Assembly (NCBI GenBank): GCA_044892525.1 | Contig: CM097885.1 | Span: 252,030,001 to 252,094,000 of the forward strand | Length of the DNA: 64,000 nt | Source: Schmidtea polychroa | Lineage: Eukaryota | Direction: 5' to 3' | Part shown: in pieces, positions 32,810 through 44,486 of the stretch | Layout: each line of letters opens with the position of its first letter | How positions within the stretch are numbered: position 1 is the first letter of the stretch | Program-made: the position numbers and the translations under genes | Notes under the pieces: generated by a model | What the model saw: the letters and a program-made list of their open reading frames with translations, nothing else | Told to the model about the DNA's origin: nothing | Databases searched by the model: none

Positions 32810-34700
32810 AAATGCCATCGGTACTATGTCTATTATAAATCACATTGATTGGCGCTAGTTATTGGTGTAAAAATTATTAATAATTAATAAAATTTGAATA
32901 ATGAAAAATAATTAATTTTAATATTAAAATTAATTTTGAAAATATATCATTAAAAGTCAAATGTAAATTTGTGTGAGTTTGGCAAAATTATTTGAAAATA
33001 TTATTAATATAAAAATAATGAATAATAATTAATAAAATTAAATTATAATAAATTTATATTTAATAAAAATTAAATTAATATTAATTATGATGTTCACTAG
33101 ACCTTTACAGAAATTTATTTTAAGTATTATATTCAAAAAAAATATTATTATTATTATTTATTTTAATTTTGTTTTGAATTTAATTCTTTTAATAAATTTC
33201 TGAAAAAGTCTAGCGACAAATATTTGAACATAACAATTAATATTAATCTAATTAATTTCAATATTAAAATTTATTGTTAATGCATTTTGTAAATTTAACA
33301 ATAAATGACATTTGTACAATTCTTTTCCAATAAAAGAAAACATTGGATTAATATTAATTTTAATATAATAATAGTTACAAATATTAATTAATAATAAATA
33401 AAATACTGCGATAAAATCTTAATATAGAAATTAAATTAAACATTGGATTAATTAATAAATATTAATTTAATAGTTACTAATATTAATTAATAAAAATTAA
33501 ATTAATATAAATATAATTGAAAATAATAATTAATAATAAAAAAAATACTGCGATAAAATCTTAATATAGATATTAAATTAAACATTGGATTAATTAATTA
33601 ATATTAATTTAATATAATAATAGTTACTAATATTAATTAATAAAAATTAAATTAATATAAATATAATTGAAAATAATAATTAATAATAAAAAAAATACTG
33701 CGATAAAATCTTAATATAGATATTAAATTAAACATTGGATTAATTAATTAATATTAATTTAATATAATAATAGTTACTAATATTAATTAATAAAAATTAA
33801 ATTAATATAAATATAAAATTTATTATTAATTTATTTTTTGAAAATATTATTAAATTCCATCTGTGCAATTTTTATTGAAGAGAAATATTTGAAAATAATA
33901 ATTTATTTTAATCTAATATTTAATTTATCATTTATTTATTTTTATAATAAAATTCTTTAAAAAAATTAATTATTTTATTTCCGAAATATAACATTAAATG
34001 TAATCTGCATCATTTATATTATAGAGAGATATTTGGAAATAATAATAAATAAAATACCATGATAAAATCTTAATAAATATTTATTAATTTAATTTAATTA
34101 ATGTTTAATGTAAGTTTATTATAATTTTTATTTGAATTACGAAAAGAATTAAAATTCTTTAAAAGTCTGGCCGAAAATGTTTTAACATAATAAATAGCAA
34201 TAAAACAATTCATTAATAAAATTTGAATAATAATAATAAATGTAATTGTGTTTTTTGCTTATATATAAACATTTATTATCAATTTATTTGAAATATTCAT
34301 AATGCCATCGGTACTATGTGTGTTAGAAAATCTCACTGATTGGCGCTAGTTATTGGTGTAAAAATTATTAATAATTAATAAAATTTGAATAATGAAAAAT
34401 AATTAATTTTGAAAAAATGTCATTAAAAGTCATATGTAAATTTGTGAGTCTGGCAAAATTATTTGAAAATATTATTAATATAAAAATAATGAATAGTATT
34501 AATTTAATTAAATTATAATTAATGTATATTTAATAAGCATTAAATTAATATTAATTATGATGTTCGAATATTTCTTGAATTTTTTTTTGAATTTAATTCT
34601 TTTAATAAATATTTGAACATGATAATTAATATTAATTTAATTAATTTCAATATTAAAATTTATTATTAATTTATTTTTAAATAAATCTAACATTAAAAAG
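32810..34700. repeat. Extremely AT-rich intronic duplications and minisatellite
   Basis: Units of about 142-150 bp containing TACTGCGATAAAATCTT start at 33404, 33546 and 33696. A block starting ATGCCATCGGTACTATG is duplicated at 32812 and 34302. Confidence 0.8.
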
Positions 34701-35400
34701 CTCCTTTAAAATGCTCTAATAATCTGTCAAAAATTATTAAAAATTAAAATTTATTCATAAATAAATGTCTTCTGTACAAAATAAACATTAGTGATTTGCG
34801 CAAGTTATTAAAGTAATTATTATGCAAAATTTATTAACAATTTATTTTTGAAAAATTAAATCAAAACAATAATTTAATTTAAAAATAATTTAAAATATAA
34901 TTTAATTAATTTTAAAGTATAAAGTGATGATTTCTTGGTAGCAGGATTTATTATTTAAAACAATAAAGTGATAATTTAAGCCTTCTGCTGTGAATACTTT
35001 TTTATTAAATACATTATTCGCAGCAAAAGGCTTAAATTATCACTTTATTGTTTTAATTAATTTTATTATAAGAACTATTTTTTCAAATTTCACCACTGAT
35101 TTCTTTTCCATTGTATTTATTAAAAACCTTGAAGACTGTGAATCAGTAAATATATCGATGTTCTTGATAAATATATTTACTGATTAATACTCTTCAAGCT
35201 TTTTAATAAATAATTAATTTTAATATTAAAATATATATTTTTAGATATATAATATTAAATAGCATTTATAGAAATTCTATTTATAATCAGGCAAAATATA
35301 TTTGAAAATATTAATTAAAAGAGCAATAACCCGTTAAAAATGACGGATATTTTGTATTTAATAAACACCGAAATGAACAAATGATTGGAATTGTATCTTG

Positions 35401-35796
35401 CTAATGGTTATAGTAAATATCATTATTACCGACCATTTGCGGCGCTTTTTTTAAATGGGTACTGCTATCACTTGGTATCAAATCAATTCGAGATATGCAA
35501 ACCTCTTCACCTTTATTACTACCTGTTACTTCTACTTTGAAGCAGTTTAGATGTAAATTATTAATAGTCAATCTTATGCCATTGAACAATCTTTTCTTTG
35601 GATTAAGATTTCTTAGCAACATGACAAATACACTAACTTTCAGTTTCAAAAAATGGTATGGCATTCTTAATGGACATAATTTATGAAGTATTTCAATAAG
35701 AAAATCAATTGTGTCATTTGGATCATTTGGATCATTTGATACCTTAGAATCAATGCTCATATAATTAGCAGTTTTATCTGATAAAATTTTCAACAT
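35401..35796 (-). mobile_element. Helitron PIF1-like helicase fragment
   Basis: EILHKLCPLRMPYHFLKLKV..FVMLLRNLNP...LFNGIRL...TGSNKGEEVCISRIDLIPSD resembles the Helitron motifs P.H.L.LK, MLLRNL, NGTRL and IPRI.L.PSD. Confidence 0.8.
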
Positions 35797-37868
35797 TTTA
35801 TGGTTTAACTTCAGAACATCAATATTTTTTGTGGAAGAATAACTGTTTTTAGAGGGATGAAATATTATTTATTGATATTTATAATAATTTTTCAATAAGA
35901 AATATTGTAATTTAGAAACTGAAATTTATCATATTTTTAATCATTTTGATAATGAATATGATGATTAAGATTGAAGTTATATATTTATATAACGAAAAAT
36001 CAAATTAGCTATGACACACTATATCTTATTCTCCATGGTTTTTTAGCGTATAAAAATACCGCAATGTAATTTTCTGAAACATTAATTACATTGTCACTAA
36101 CCTATTATTTAATTGCAAAGATATTAAAAAATTAATTAACTTTATTATAACAACCAATGAACCAACATTCATAAGATTATAACAAATTACAAAGATAAAT
36201 TTCATTTTAAATTAAAATAAGAACTAACCGTAAAAACATAGTTTTTAAAACTCTCTGTATCTCACTCTTTTATATTCTCTCAAATTAAAATTTCAATATG
36301 CATGCTCAAGCTATGAGGTATTTAATATTACGCAAAATCATCTTGTTAAGAAATTACTTTGAAAGTAGCATTTTATTAATATTTTGAAAAAAAATTTGAA
36401 AATATTAATAAAATAGAAAATTTTCAAAAAAGTTTATTATAGTATCTTCGATCGATCTGAAATTTTGAAAGAATTCATTGTTCTCGATGATGAATCTATC
36501 TGCCAAATTTCAGATCGAACCGATCACGGCAAGTGGGTTAATTTGCCGTCACAAGATTTGAGTGACTTATACAAACATTCAAAGTGAAGTTAATATAGAA
36601 AGTTTAAAAATAAACATCATTATCAATCAAACTAAGAAATCAATTTCAATTTTGTCATGTATTTCACATTCCACTGATATTCATTTCTTTTTCGTCATTA
36701 TCATTTTTACGCGTTCTGTTTAGGAATCAATATTTCAAGATATATTAAGATTAAAATTTGAGTAATTACATTAAGAATTTACAAAACTTTTTTATAGAAT
36801 TATTTAATGTAAAAGTTAACCGTGCTTATAGATTAATATTTGATTTACAGTCCTTTCAAATTTGTCTTGGAAGATATATTTGTTTTTACAGTGCAAAAAG
36901 AACGACTATTAGACAGAAATTTATAGGAAATCAACCGATCCGGCTCTCTATAATTCTTTTGAACGTCTTTGTGAATTTAAGTATAAGAGAAACATTGTGA
37001 AGTGATTGATTTATCGTTCATGGCCCTTATCATGTACTTTTAAAAATTCGGTGAAAAGTGTTTATAAATTAGTTGAACTTTTGATTAATAATGTGTATTT
37101 AAAATCAATTTTATTAATGATGATAAAAGAAACTTGATAAATTTATAAAAACTCTTAAGGATCAATGTTTGACAATTTCTGGGTGTAATTTGATTGGTTT
37201 GAGTGAATTCGATGGTGAGGTATATAAATTTAATAGTGCGTGTTGGTATTGCCGTATTCGGAAGGTTTTACAGATTATAAAAGAAAAATAAACAAGCAAT
37301 TGGGAAGTTTAAATTATAAGACTGAGTCTATTTCATTTGTTTCTTAATAAGTCTAAAACTCCGGTTAGATTGTTTTTCGATCTCGTTTATCAACTTAGAT
37401 TTAATGGGTGCAATGCCGCATATACTGGAAAGACTTCCCATCATCTCTGTATTCGAGCTCGTGAACATTATCAAGCGAAGTGATCTACCATTAGTAATAA
37501 GCACAATAGTGGTTTTATATAAAAATTAGATGTATGATTTTATAATTTTATTAAAATTTTTTAATAATTATTGAGTACTTGTAATTTGTTAAGCTTTGTA
37601 GATAAAATCGTTGAATGCAAAAATCAATGTGCATAATGCTATCACCATTTATATTTTGAATATTTTAAAATATTTTTTGTTGTAAATTGTAGCTTTATGG
37701 ATTGTTATTGATTTTAAATGTATTAATTAAATAATTTTTAATTTTTAAAAAAATTATAGATTATTTAAATTAAAAATTATAATAAAATATTTAAAAATCT
37801 TAAAATAAATCTTAAAATAATTAATTATTTAAATTAAAATTTTAAAAATATTTTTTAAAAACTTTCTT

Positions 37869-38096
37869 CAATTTTCACCTCCGATTTCTTTTCAATTGAC
37901 ATAGTATTTATTAAAATAACTTGACTATGAATCAATAAAGATTTCGATATTTTTTATATTCACGAATTTTCGGCACTGCCTTTTTCAAGTGTTTTGATCA
38001 GTCACTTGAAAAAACCAGTGCTGAAAATTCGTGAATATAAAAAAAAACATCGATATCTTTAATGATTCATAGTCAAGTTTTTTAATAAATACAATA
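37869..38096. mobile_element. Palindromic MITE family copy (relatives at about 35080, 55020, 62161, 63185)
   Basis: Shares the end CAATTTTCACCTC(C/T)GATTTC and the internal inverted arms GACTATGAATCA.TAAAGAT.TCGAT. Confidence 0.65.
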
Positions 38097-38476
38097 TTTT
38101 TTTAAGAAAAATTAATAAAATTTGTTTATAAAATTTATAGTTTTTTCTGTGCTACAGGAAAATTGTGGAAAATTCAATTTTTTTAATTAATTTTTATCCC
38201 AAAATATTGAATGGGCTTCTAAATATCATTTGAACAAAAAATGAATAATTTAACCAAACCACTAAATAATTTGTTGTGAAATGTCATGTTGATAGTATCT
38301 GACTATTTATTACATTACAATAATATTACATTGGACTTTTATATTATTTCGAGTCATATTTACATTAAGGAATATTACAATACACTGGCATTCATCACCA
38401 TGACCATATTTAGCGCCTGTGACGAGTCGCATGTATGGTATCCCAATACATACATTGATTTAGATTTTGTTTTGTA

Positions 38477-39072
38477 AGTAGGGTATTGTGTGGACCCGGG
38501 AACAAAGACATATGACGTCATCAATGACGTCACAAAGACATATGACGTCACAAAGACATATGACGTCATACCCCCTACCCCCGGGGGAGAGGGTATTTAA
38601 AAAAAATTTTTTTTTTAAATTTTTTTTTAAATTTCTTTTTTTTTAAATTTCTTTAAAAAAAAATTTTTTTTTAATTTATATTACGTTGCGGTATTTTAAA
38701 AATATATTACGTTGCGGTATTTTAAAATTTATATTACGTTGCGGTATTTTAAAATTTATTATATTTTAATCATTAAATATATTACGTATTTTAAAAAACT
38801 TATTTTGACGAAAAAGTTGACAAAATTAGTATTACACACAATATAGTCTATCAGACAAGATATTCTGTCACACACACACACAAGGTATAAAAAATAATAT
38901 TAGTGTCCACACACGCAACAAGTTAGTGTTCTCATCGATAGCTATTGATATATTATTATTAATCTATATACTCCGAGTCTATCCGACAAAATATTCTGTC
39001 CCCTTATGGGTACTGCTCACAAGGGTAATGGTCACGCTCAACAACTCGCAAGGGTATTATTAAACAATGTAA
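38477..39072 (+). repeat. Left terminal inverted repeat (at least 596 bp)
   Basis: Reverse complement of 53424-53973. It contains 4x TGACGTCA, CCCCCGGGGG and 3x ATATTACGTTGCGGTATTTT. Confidence 0.92.
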
Positions 39073-39079
39073 TAAAACA

Positions 39080-39172
<93 letters not shown>

Positions 39173-39382
39173 ATTTCTATCACAAATCATGGTGAACAAA
39201 AAACATAGTCGAATATTATGAAATTAAGGTATTGTGTTAGCACACACTCGTTATAATAATTAGCAATATATATTTTTTATGGTGTATCAAATCAAAACAT
39301 TTCTTTTACATTTATAGTCTATCAACCAATCAAAATCATATGGTATTAGTATAAATGAAACATATTTTAAATTATTTTAGAA

Positions 39383-39911
39383 ATGTCGCAACCAAATTTT
39401 ATGGAAAATGTTCTAAACGGAATTGTCACCGCGAATATAGTCGACAGCCTCAATTTCCTGATCAATCGAACTGAACAAATCATTGAAGGTGAACATATCG
39501 ATTATCAGCAGATGATGGAGACGGAATCCCTGGAAACCAAGAAGTATTACTTCAATAGAATATTTCAGTGTCTTTTCGATGAAGACATGAAATGGACAAG
39601 GATAATTGTAGGATTCACCTACATGAAGATAATCATTGCAAAAGGTCAACATGACTCAGAACATTATTATCAGTGGTCTTTAGAAGTAAGATTTCTTTTA
39701 TAAGTTATATTTTAATAATATTCATTTCTAGATAATCAAGTCCAAGTTTACCCCATGGATAGAAGCCAATGGCGGATGGGGTGTATTAAATAAACTGGCC
39801 TGCAATTTTAAAGAAACTGATGAAATCAAAAGAAAAATGAAAAACTATATAAAACTTACAACTGGAGTTGTTATAATGTATATTATCTGTAGATATATGA
39901 ATAAAAATTAA
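39383..39911 (+). CDS. Polinton-encoded Bcl-2-family protein, 160 aa, two exons (39383-39685, 39732-39911)
   Basis: BH1-like LFDEDMKWTRIIVGFTY; after a 46-nt phase-0 GTAAG...TTCTAG intron comes BH2 FTPWIEANGGW and a C-terminal hydrophobic anchor LTTGVVIMYIICRY. Confidence 0.82.
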
Positions 39912-39955
39912 TGTTATTGTTTTTAATAGTATATTTAAATGAAAATAATTCAATT

Positions 39956-40282
39956 TTAAAATTTATTAACACATTCGCAATCGTCATCTCCACATTTCAT
40001 TATATTTTCAACGACATGATCAATACAATCATTCGTAATATTATCTTTAGGTTCCTCTATAGTTTCATAGATTTCGTCATCAATTTCTTGAGTTTCTTCA
40101 TGATCGGCAAATCCTGAATCTTGACTCTCAACTACCCAGCCGATATTTAGATAATATATCCTCAATTTTTACACCAGATATTTCTGATAATTTTTCCAAC
40201 AAAAAGTTGATTAATAATTCTAAATAATAGATAATTCAGTATTTAATTAATCATGTTAACCTTTTTCTGCAGTCATTTTCAT
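39956..40282 (-). pseudogene. Polinton accessory acidic protein; possible 41-nt intron (40220-40260) and a 14-nt deletion frameshift relative to the 24-kb copy
   Basis: INFLLEKL.EI.GVKIEDILS...LNIGWVVESQDSGF...CGDDDCEC is shared with 24145-24414. Confidence 0.5.
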
Positions 40283-40409
40283 CACTTTAAAACTATATTA
40301 TAAGTTTGTTTATAGATTTTCTTTGTTAAATTTGCATTTCATTTGCATTAATGTTGCAATTAATAAAGAGAAAAAACAAATATGACTAATACATTTATTA
40401 AATATAACA

Positions 40410-40829
40410 TTAAAAAAGTTGTGAAAGTCTAGCAGACATAATTTTCCAAATTGGAGAATACACATCATTATTATCAACTTTATATCCTTGGATTGCAATT
40501 GTTATATACCAATTTTCGTTTTCTTTGAAACCGATTTCATCAAAGGAATCATAAAATCTTGCATATCTGTTGTTGAACCAGGCATGTTGATTACAAGATA
40601 GATTCGTATTCAACCGTTTGAAAACCTCATCAATAGATTTAATATCTATCATTGAAAGCGTTCCGGATAAGAATTGAAATTTAGTTGGAATTAGCTTGAT
40701 CGGTGACGCCAATTTCATATTGATTTCTTCTTTTAAAAAATACATTTTATAGTTGTGGAACATTTGAACAGGTTGTACAAGTTCTGGAACAACTTTTGGC
40801 TTTTCAGTGCTTGAAATTTTCTTTGTCAT
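40410..40829 (-). CDS. Polinton accessory protein, 139 aa, unknown function (possible OB-fold ssDNA-binding protein)
   Basis: Intact ORF with upstream TATA (GGTATAAAAA on the minus strand) and a CCAAT box. The C-terminus WYITIAIQGYKVDNNDVYSPIWKIMSARL resembles the beta-strand pattern of viral SSB OB folds. Confidence 0.6.
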   Translation of the reverse strand: MTKKISSTEKPKVVPELVQPVQMFHNYKMYFLKEEINMKLASPIKLIPTKFQFLSGTLSMIDIKSIDEVFKRLNTNLSCNQHAWFNNRYARFYDSFDEIGFKENENWYITIAIQGYKVDNNDVYSPIWKIMSARLSQLF

Positions 40830-41087
40830 CGTGAATTATGATTAAAATGAAATGGTACAGGGTTTTTATACCTATGACTATTGTTTATCAACCAATCAGA
40901 TTGCTGTATGTCTTTGTTTAAATTGCATGTCATTTGCATTAATGTTGCATTAATGTTTTTATTATAACTATTGTTTTTTATTATTATTTCTAATATTACT
41001 ATTATTACTTATATTATTATTACTATTTCTATTATTATTATTTCTATTATTTCGATTTACAAAAACAAAACAATTCAACATAAAAAT

Positions 41088-41495
41088 TTATTTTGATACA
41101 ATCTGACTCGAGTGGTGATTTCTCAGAGTCTTCACCAAACACCATTCAACATATTGTTGATAACGGAAATTGCAACAGCTACATCCGAAAATGCTAGGAG
41201 CCTCTGGTTTCATTTCTTTCATCCCCCTTCCTATCTTGATATCCCATAGAAAGGTGTTTATTATATCGAATATCCAGATTCGTGTTTGTTGTATACCAAA
41301 TCCGGAATGATAGCTGGATCTCTATCTTGTAGAATTTCATTTAATTCTGGATAATAGAAGCATAATCTTTGCAGGATAATTGATTGATATTCATCTGTAA
41401 AAAATATATATTAATGTAATAATAAAAAATTTGAAATTACCATAATTTGCATGCTCTTTCATTGAGGTGATTGCGGAACTTTGTATGTTGTACAT
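41088..41495 (-). pseudogene. Polinton accessory gene, two exons (46-nt intron 41395-41440), 1-bp frameshift
   Basis: MYNIQSS...NY|DEYQSIILQRLCFYYPEL...PDLVYN continues in a shifted frame as QTRIWIFDIINTFLWDIK...FGCSCCNF. The 24-kb copy has the extra base (AACCAAAC versus AACAAAC) that restores the frame. Confidence 0.55.
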
Positions 41496-41616
41496 TTTTG
41501 TTGAATAAATGACAACTAAACCGAAAACATTTTGTTATAAATAATCATCAGCCAATTAGATTTCGACCAATCAGAATCATGCATTTCAATTGCATTGAAT
41601 TTGCAATGATAAATAA

Positions 41617-42081
41617 TTAATTAAGTGATAATAAAAAATCTAAAAATTCATTTCCTTCAATTATTGATTTAATTTCAGATATGATATTATCAACTATACA
41701 TTTGTAATCAATATTTTTTATTCCAAGAATTACTATCTTACCGCTAGCGAATATATTTACACACATAGGGTTATATTTTATATATCTCAAAGCTGGAAAT
41801 AATTCTGGTTCGTAAACACATGGTATTAATTTAGCCAATTCATTTAAATTACAAGAAAAACCTATATCGGAAGTTACGGTTATCGATTGTATTTCTAAAT
41901 CATAAACATTATATTCACTAGCTTTGATTATTTCCTTACACCCCATAATTCTACATTTACCAGTTTTGAAATATATTATTGGATATTTTTTACTTCTATT
42001 GATGAGTTGTTGTGGTTTCCCCATTGGAAATACCATTTTTGATACATCAGCTTTTGCCCTGTAATTTATATTTGAAAGCAT
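41617..42081 (-). CDS. Polinton-encoded TATA-binding-protein-like protein, 154 aa
   Basis: Both TBP repeats are recognisable: LSNI, IYFKTGKCRIMGCK (cf. LIFSSGKMVCTGAK), DLEIQSI..SDIGFSCNL (cf. DFKIQNM..CDVKFPIRL), YEPELFPALRY (cf. YEPELFPGLIY) and NIFASGKIVILGIK (cf. LIFVSGKVVLTGAK). Confidence 0.85.
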   Translation of the reverse strand: MLSNINYRAKADVSKMVFPMGKPQQLINRSKKYPIIYFKTGKCRIMGCKEIIKASEYNVYDLEIQSITVTSDIGFSCNLNELAKLIPCVYEPELFPALRYIKYNPMCVNIFASGKIVILGIKNIDYKCIVDNIISEIKSIIEGNEFLDFLLSLN

Positions 42082-42185
42082 TTTAATGAAATAATTATAA
42101 AAACTCTGTTATATATAGTTATTTTAAAAAGGAGTTCATTTAAATTATCAATATAAACAATAATTATATAGTTTAAATTTAAAAA

Positions 42186-42824
42186 ATGGAATTACGAAAT
42201 GATGCAGTATACCAAATCGTTGGTCCAAGTGGTAGCGGAAAAACATTATTTGTTTGTAAATTACTAAAATCAAATTTGTTCAAAACAAAATTCAACAATA
42301 TTTATTGGCATAGGGGCGCCGATGAAGAACATGGATTGACACAATCAAGTTTCTGTCAATTGAAAAACATGAAAATAGTAAAGGGTTTTGATAAAAACTG
42401 GTCAAGTCGTTTGAAGAAAGATGATGTCATCATTATCGATGATTTGTATCAAGAAGCCAATAAAGAAAAGGATTTTAATAATTTATTCACAAAAATCAGC
42501 AGACATGTTGGTGTAACAGTTATTTTCATAACACAAAATCTATTTCATCAAGGTGGTGCACATCGAACACGTAATTTAAATGTACAATATCTAGTTATTT
42601 TCAAAAATCCTAGAGATGCAACTGTCATTGATTTTCTTGGACGACAAGCATACCCTAATAACCGTAATTTTCTTATCAATGCATTTCAAGATGCTACGAA
42701 AATACCTCATGGGTATATATTTCTCGATTTCACACAACAATGTCCTGATGATATACGGGTAAAAACAGATATTTTCAACCCAAAAGGTGCCATGGTTTAT
42801 AAACAAAGTTCAAAACAAATTTGA
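42186..42824 (+). CDS. A32-like/FtsK-HerA DNA-packaging ATPase
   Basis: Walker A GPSGSGKT, Walker B IIIDD, Arg finger SRH, and ITQN; intact 212 aa. Confidence 0.93.
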   Translation: MELRNDAVYQIVGPSGSGKTLFVCKLLKSNLFKTKFNNIYWHRGADEEHGLTQSSFCQLKNMKIVKGFDKNWSSRLKKDDVIIIDDLYQEANKEKDFNNLFTKISRHVGVTVIFITQNLFHQGGAHRTRNLNVQYLVIFKNPRDATVIDFLGRQAYPNNRNFLINAFQDATKIPHGYIFLDFTQQCPDDIRVKTDIFNPKGAMVYKQSSKQI

Positions 42825-42837
42825 AAACATATAAATA

Positions 42838-43332
42838 ATGTTTTCAAAAACAAGGATATCGAGTAAAAAACAACCAAAAGTTCCACCAACAACTAGTTAT
42901 ACTCCATCTAAAGAACTTATTACAGAAAATTTTCCAGCAATGAATCTTATTTCGAAAAATCCTAAACCTAAACCTAAAAGTAAAACCACTAAGAAAGTAA
43001 AAGTTGTTAAAAATCATCGGAGTTTCCCGTTTTTCAATACATTGTTAAAAGCACCCAGTATGAAAAGAATGAATATTTTACAATCTTTTCCAAATTATGT
43101 TGTCGATGATTTACTCGATATTATACTTAAAGTAGTCAAAGGCAAGCTTAAAATCAGTAAATCTAAAAAGCAATTATTGAGTAAACATAGGAAACCTTTG
43201 CTATCATTATTAAATAATAAAAATTGTCAACAAATGAGAAAAATTATATATAAACAACAAGGGGGATTTATCGGTGCATTGATACCTTTTGCAATATCAT
43301 TATTAGGTGGAATAATAGGAAGTCGATCATAA
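42838..43332 (+). CDS. Basic virion core/membrane protein with an adenovirus pX-like C-terminus
   Basis: Lys-rich body followed by KQQGGFIGALIPFAISLLGGIIG, resembling the GG-F/I-L.LIP hydrophobic tail of adenoviral pX. Confidence 0.6.
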   Translation: MFSKTRISSKKQPKVPPTTSYTPSKELITENFPAMNLISKNPKPKPKSKTTKKVKVVKNHRSFPFFNTLLKAPSMKRMNILQSFPNYVVDDLLDIILKVVKGKLKISKSKKQLLSKHRKPLLSLLNNKNCQQMRKIIYKQQGGFIGALIPFAISLLGGIIGSRS

Positions 43333-43335
43333 ACA

Positions 43336-43512
43336 ATGGGTGCTAATCCTTCATTACCAGACATTAAATTTAATATTAAATCTTCTTGTTGTAATGGAGA
43401 AGATTTGGACGAACCCCGAAGACGAAGCCGGTTTCGGTGGAGTGGCAAAATTAAACAAAAGAGTTCCGAATTCGAAAAAGGAAACCCAGAAGTGGTTATC
43501 AGACCAGCTTGA
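43336..43512 (+). CDS. Small 58-aa putatively myristoylated ORF overprinting the integrase 5' end
   Basis: AAACAATGG context; MGANPS fits the MGxxxS N-myristoylation consensus; also KSSCC and a basic RRRSRFR. It falls below the ORF-track cutoff. Confidence 0.45.
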   Translation: MGANPSLPDIKFNIKSSCCNGEDLDEPRRRSRFRWSGKIKQKSSEFEKGNPEVVIRPA

Positions 43513-43781
43513 GTACAGTTTGAACAAACCAATGCAGAAACGATTCCCAACAAGAGTATATAAAACATATGGAATAAATGATTTATGGCAAATGGATTTG
43601 ATGGAGATGATACCTTATTCGAAAATTAACAATGGGAATAAATATATTTTAACATGTATTGATGTATTCAGTCGGTTTGCCCGAGCAATACCTGTCAAGG
43701 CAATATCTGCAGATGAAATGTCTAAAGCTGTTAATGATTTATTTAAAGATGGACATCCTAATAACTTGCAAACGGATTTAG

Positions 43782-43852
<71 letters not shown>

Positions 43853-44486
43853 TTTAGGTAAAGAATTCTACAACAGTAAAGTCAAGCAAATCCTCAATAA
43901 ATTGAAAATAAACCATTACTCGGTACATTCTCAATACAAAGCTGCTCATGTTGAAAGATTTAACAGAACATTGAGAGATAGATTAAAGAAATTATTCGTG
44001 CATCAAGGTAATAAAAAATGGGTAAATGCTTTACCGAAAATAATAACAAGTTATAATCATTCATCACATCGAGGACTGAATGGATTAAGGCCGGTTGATA
44101 TTACATCAAAAACATCATTGACTTCGAAGAAATCTGTAAAAATTACAAAACCGAAATATAAAGTCGGTGACCATGTTAGAATTAGTAAAATTAGTGCATC
44201 ACCATTTATTAAAAATTTCGATACAAATTGGAGTGATGAAGTCTTTGTAATTTCAAAAATAAATACTAGTCAGAATCCTGTAATGTATGTCATCCAAGAC
44301 AATGATAATAATATTGTACAAGGGAAATTTTATGAGCAAGAATTGCAAGTTATTCCTCCCCCAAAAGTATTTAGAATTCAAAAAATATTGAAAACTAAAA
44401 CGGTCGGCAAGGATAAACAATACTATGTCAAATGGCATGGTTATCAAAACCCGTCATGGATATCAGCAAAAGACCTAGTAAAGTAA
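43394..44486 (+). CDS. Polinton rve integrase with C-terminal chromodomain; exons 43394-43781 and 43858-44486
   Basis: DDE triad WQMD, LQTD and HVERFNRT. Splicing out the 76-nt GT-(ATT)n-TTTTTAG intron restores TDLG|KEFYN. The chromodomain is FRIQKIL...YYVKWHGY..PSWI. Confidence 0.93.

Noticed and set aside
36400-37500. Possible Helentron-like or MULE-like remnants in intron 2 (also about 54.0-56.6 kb)
   Set aside because: These are slightly GC-richer patches without diagnostic motifs or defined termini that I could verify.
43782-43861. Poly-Ile C-terminus of ORF 43340-43861
   Set aside because: It is the translation of the (ATT)n intron; splicing restores the integrase.
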